A DNA stretch of 64,000 nt from an uncultured Gammaproteobacteria bacterium (GTDB taxonomy: Bacteria; Patescibacteriota; Patescibacteriia; Patescibacteriales; UBA12075). Made by a program: the position numbers and the translations under genes. The notes beneath the pieces were generated by a model. The model had not been told where the DNA came from and made no database searches. It saw only the letters and a program-made list of their open reading frames with translations. How positions within the stretch are numbered: position 1 is the stretch's first letter; every line of letters begins with the position of its first letter. Shown here piece after piece: positions 61,159-64,000 of the stretch. The stretch lies in NCBI GenBank assembly GCA_964459725.1, contig CAYWNT010000003.1:47592-111591 (forward strand). The letters are read 5' to 3'.

Positions 61159-61213
61159 TTTAATCTATTAGCCTGTATATTGAAATTATTACTGTTTATG
61201 CTATACTATAAGT

Positions 61214-61332
61214 GCTTACCTAATACAATAAATACGCAAAGGTTTTTTAATTGTCGCCTGAAATGGGCGGTTCTACCGATAATTTTTTACCTTTGTGTAG
61301 ATGTATTGGGTAAGCTAGAACCGTCCTTTTTT
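61214..61332 (+). ncRNA. Structured leader RNA (copy B) upstream of the recombinase
   Basis: 14-bp P1 (61214-61227 with 61302-61315), inner stems, loop GGGCGGTTCTA complementary to tail TAGAACCGTCC, then U6; promoter TTGAAA-16-TATACT at 61180-61207. Confidence 0.7.
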
Positions 61333-61352
61333 GTTTACTAAATTATAATTAT

Positions 61353-62975
61353 ATGGAAACAAATAACAAAAAAACCAAATATTTCCTTTACGCTAGAAAA
61401 TCTAGTGAATCTGAGGACAGGCAAATGGCATCAATTGATTCTCAAATAAAAGAACTAGAAACTATAGCCAAACAAAATAATCTTGATGTAATAGAAACTT
61501 TCTCAGAATCTATGTCAGCCAAATCACCTGGGAGACCAGTTTTTAATGAAATGATAAGTAGAATTAAAAAAGGAGAGGCTAATGGTGTTATTTGTTGGAA
61601 ATTAAATAGGCTAGCTAGAAATCCAATAGACGGGGGAGAAATAAGTTGGATGATTCAACAAGGCATCATTGAGCATATCCAAACCTTTGGCAGAAGTTAC
61701 TACCCTACTGATAACGTAATAGTTATGGCAGTAGAACTGGGCATGGCAAATCAATTTATTAGAGATTTAAGTGTGGACACCAAAAGAGGGCTTAAAAGCA
61801 AAGCTGAAAGAGGCTGGTATCCAACATTCTCAGCTATGGGCTATATGCATAATCCATATAAATACAAAGGAGAAAAAGAAATAATCAAAGACCCCGAAAG
61901 GTTTTATTTAGTCAGGAAAATGTTTGATCTAATGCTAACTGGAATACATACTCCTCCTCAAATATTGAAAACAGCTACAGAAGAATGGGGTCTCCGAAAT
62001 AAGAAAGGAGGAAAAATTGCTAATAGCACTATTTATAGAATATTTAGTGACCCTTTTTACTATGGAGAGTTTGAATGCCCAAAAGGAAGTGGTAATTGGT
62101 ATAGGGGCAAACATGAGCCGATGATAACCAGAAAAGAATTTGATAACATTCAATTTTTACTTGGGAGAAAATGCAAACCCAGGGCTAAAACAAAACAATT
62201 CCCTTTTACAGGAATGATTAGATGTGGTGAATGTGGTGCTATGATAACCGCAGAAGATAAAGTAAAAAGACAAAAAAATGGAAATGTACATTATTATACA
62301 TATTACAGATGCACTAAACGTAAAGACCCGAATTGCACTCAAAAAACTATTAGAAAAGAATTACTTGAAGAACAAATAGTAAATGAGCTTGAAACAATAG
62401 AAATTCCAAGAGAATTTACAGAATGGGCATTTGACGTTATTAAAACTGAAAACAAAAAAAATTATTCTAGTAGAAATAATATTATTTCAAATCAACAGAA
62501 GCTCTATGATGAATGCTTAAGGAAACTTGATGGACTTATAGACATGAGAGCTAACAATGAGATAAACGCTGATGATTTCAACAGGAAAAAAACTGAATTA
62601 ACAAAAGAAAAAGAAAGAATACAGAAACTTCTTAAAGACTCTGATAAAAATAATGACAACTGGATTGAATCAGCTGAGAAGTTATTTTTGTTTGCTGAAA
62701 ACGCTAAGACTACTTTTCAGGATGGAGATATAAATACAAAGAAAGAGATACTATCCATTATCGGTTCGAACCTCACCCTAAAAGATAATATACTCAATAT
62801 TTCATTGAACAAAACTCTAGAACTCATAAAAAACATCTCTCCAGAGGTAAATACCATTCAAAAACGGTTAGAACCTCTCAATATGCCCGAAGATAAGCAA
62901 AAACTCTGGGCAAATTATGCCCAGAGTCCTATGTTGCTCCCGGGGTCGGATTCGAACCGACGACCAATTGATTAA
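61353..62975 (+). CDS. Large serine recombinase (integrase)
   Basis: YARKSS catalytic motif, NRLARN, recombinase domain, CGECG...YY.C zinc ribbon, coiled coil; the last codons lie antisense in the tRNA. Confidence 0.95.
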   Translation: METNNKKTKYFLYARKSSESEDRQMASIDSQIKELETIAKQNNLDVIETFSESMSAKSPGRPVFNEMISRIKKGEANGVICWKLNRLARNPIDGGEISWMIQQGIIEHIQTFGRSYYPTDNVIVMAVELGMANQFIRDLSVDTKRGLKSKAERGWYPTFSAMGYMHNPYKYKGEKEIIKDPERFYLVRKMFDLMLTGIHTPPQILKTATEEWGLRNKKGGKIANSTIYRIFSDPFYYGEFECPKGSGNWYRGKHEPMITRKEFDNIQFLLGRKCKPRAKTKQFPFTGMIRCGECGAMITAEDKVKRQKNGNVHYYTYYRCTKRKDPNCTQKTIRKELLEEQIVNELETIEIPREFTEWAFDVIKTENKKNYSSRNNIISNQQKLYDECLRKLDGLIDMRANNEINADDFNRKKTELTKEKERIQKLLKDSDKNNDNWIESAEKLFLFAENAKTTFQDGDINTKKEILSIIGSNLTLKDNILNISLNKTLELIKNISPEVNTIQKRLEPLNMPEDKQKLWANYAQSPMLLPGSDSNRRPID

Positions 62976-63008
62976 CAGTCAACTGCGCTACCGCTGCGCT
63001 ACCCGGGA
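62937..63008 (-). tRNA. tRNA-Asn(GTT); CCA not encoded (followed by CAA)
   Basis: TCCCGGGTAGCGCAGCGGTAGCGCAGTTGACTGTTAATCAATTGGTCGTCGGTTCGAATCCGACCCCGGGAG folds as a cloverleaf. Confidence 0.95.
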
Positions 63009-63040
63009 ATAATCAAATTATATCAAAAAAATAAACTGCG

Positions 63041-63369
63041 TTCCGACTGAAACGTCGGAGCCAAATAATATCATGGCTTCATTTTAATGAAACCATCTTT
63101 TATTATTTTTTCAATATAATCTCTTCTTTTCAACTTTTTTAATTTTCTTTCAATAGTACGAGCTTCTAATAAATTCTCATACTCTTGATGAAAAACTAAA
63201 CTAATCTCCCCAAATCTTTTTGTTGAAGGAGTATATCCATTTTTGTGATGTTGAAATCTTTTTTCTAAATCTATTGTACTCCCAATGTAATATCTTCCAT
63301 CACGTATGCTTTTTAAAATATAAACATAAGGCATAAGTTTTAATATGCGTTCCGACGTTTCAGTCGGAA
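63041..63369. mobile_element. GIY-YIG gene bracketed by 19-bp inverted palindromes
   Basis: TTCCGACTGAAACGTCGGA at 63041-63059, reverse complement at 63351-63369. Confidence 0.55.
63071..63334 (-). CDS. Stand-alone GIY-YIG nuclease
   Basis: YVYIL...YYIGST.DL..R..QH..G....E..LK. Confidence 0.9.
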   Translation of the reverse strand: MPYVYILKSIRDGRYYIGSTIDLEKRFQHHKNGYTPSTKRFGEISLVFHQEYENLLEARTIERKLKKLKRRDYIEKIIKDGFIKMKP

Positions 63370-63370
63370 T

Positions 63371-63612
63371 CCCGACCTTGCGTCGGGGCTACCCAATAAT
63401 CCGCCAGCTGGCGGATTATTTTCAAAAAAAACAATGCCTGAAAAGACTTTCATAGCATCTATAATAATATTACCAAATACTCAAAATATGTCAATAAGTT
63501 ATTCGCTTCACGAAGTCCGTGCTATCCCGAGTGCTCGGGAGAACACATCCAAATTTTTAATCATTGTTTATCCTTTCGACTTTATAGACTTTCCTGCTTG
63601 TCGACAGACAGG
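63371..63612. repeat. Cluster of short REP-like palindromes
   Basis: CCCGACcttgcGTCGGG, AATAATCCGCCAGCTGGCGGATTATT, TCCCGAGTGCTCGGGA, CCTGCTTGTCGACAGACAGG. Confidence 0.65.
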
Positions 63613-63621
63613 CGACTCAAT

Positions 63622-64000
63622 TTAATAATCCCTCAATTTCTGTATTCCCTCATGCTTCTGCACTTTCTCAAGCGCCTTGGCCTCAATCTGCCTAATACGC
63701 TCACGAGTTACGTCGAATTCACGACCTACCTCTTCTAGTGTATGTGCCACACCATCAGAAAGACCGAATCTCATTTCCAAAATCTTCTGCTCTCTTGGAG
63801 CTAGTTGTACAATCACTTCTTTCACATAATCCTTCAGGAGTCTAAGCGCGGCTGATCTATCTGGAGAAACGTTCTTTACGTCTTCAATAAAGTCCTCCAA
63901 GGTAGAATCCTCATCATCGTCACCGACAGATGTTTCAAGTGAAATAGTATCTTGGGAAATCTTTATAATATGTCTAACCTTGTCTATGTCTTCATCCATT
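63622..64000 (-). CDS. rpoD: RNA polymerase primary sigma factor, C-terminal part (regions 3-4)
   Basis: SLET.VG....S.L.DFIED, RFGL, TLEEVG..F.VTRERIRQIEAKAL. Confidence 0.93.
   Translation of the reverse strand, partial: MDEDIDKVRHIIKISQDTISLETSVGDDDEDSTLEDFIEDVKNVSPDRSAALRLLKDYVKEVIVQLAPREQKILEMRFGLSDGVAHTLEEVGREFDVTRERIRQIEAKALEKVQKHEGIQKLRDY

Larger units (their letters stand above)
49922..62940. mobile_element. ~13.0-kb integrative element (satellite/IME-like) at the tRNA-Asn 3' end
   Basis: TTGCTCC cores at 49922-49928 and 62934-62940, LSR at the right end, replication and R-M genes inside. Confidence 0.8.

Overview
AT-rich chromosomal window from a Patescibacteria/CPR bacterium (genetic code 11). 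The Parcubacteria/ABY1, Falkowbacteria-like assignment is inferred from CPR-typical surface-protein domains and SD-less core genes. Housekeeping genes: partial tsaC, thrS, dnaE, a partial dcw operon (mraZ-rsmH-ftsL-ftsI-murF), tsaB, a DEAD-box helicase, typA, an HI0933 flavoprotein, an M23 peptidase, tRNA-Asn and partial rpoD. Between them lie accessory genes: tandem secreted GH5 glycoside hydrolases, a polysaccharide cluster, lipoproteins and a chimeric hybrid sensor kinase. The right end holds a ~13 kb element integrated at the 3' end of tRNA-Asn by a large serine recombinase (LSR). It carries a satellite-like replication module, an EcoRI-like MTase plus DUF262/HNH nuclease, hisS, a PRTase and a SLOG protein, and sits next to older att remnants. 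The most notable signals are non-coding. (1) Two homologous promoter-proximal structured RNAs sit in front of the recombinase and the methyltransferase. In each, an 11-nt apical-loop segment is complementary to the segment just before a U-tract, with five compensatory changes between copies; this is a candidate RNA-based attenuation/immunity system. (2) Small nuclease-fold genes (PaaX/Cas2-like, GIY-YIG) are bracketed by inverted palindromes. Solo copies of the PaaX-type palindrome occur elsewhere, and a separate ~21-bp palindrome family sits 5' of CGAC. (3) There is an atypical thrS T-box, a uORF attenuator and a 540-nt duplicated mraZ leader. All family assignments come from motif recognition by eye; no searches were run.
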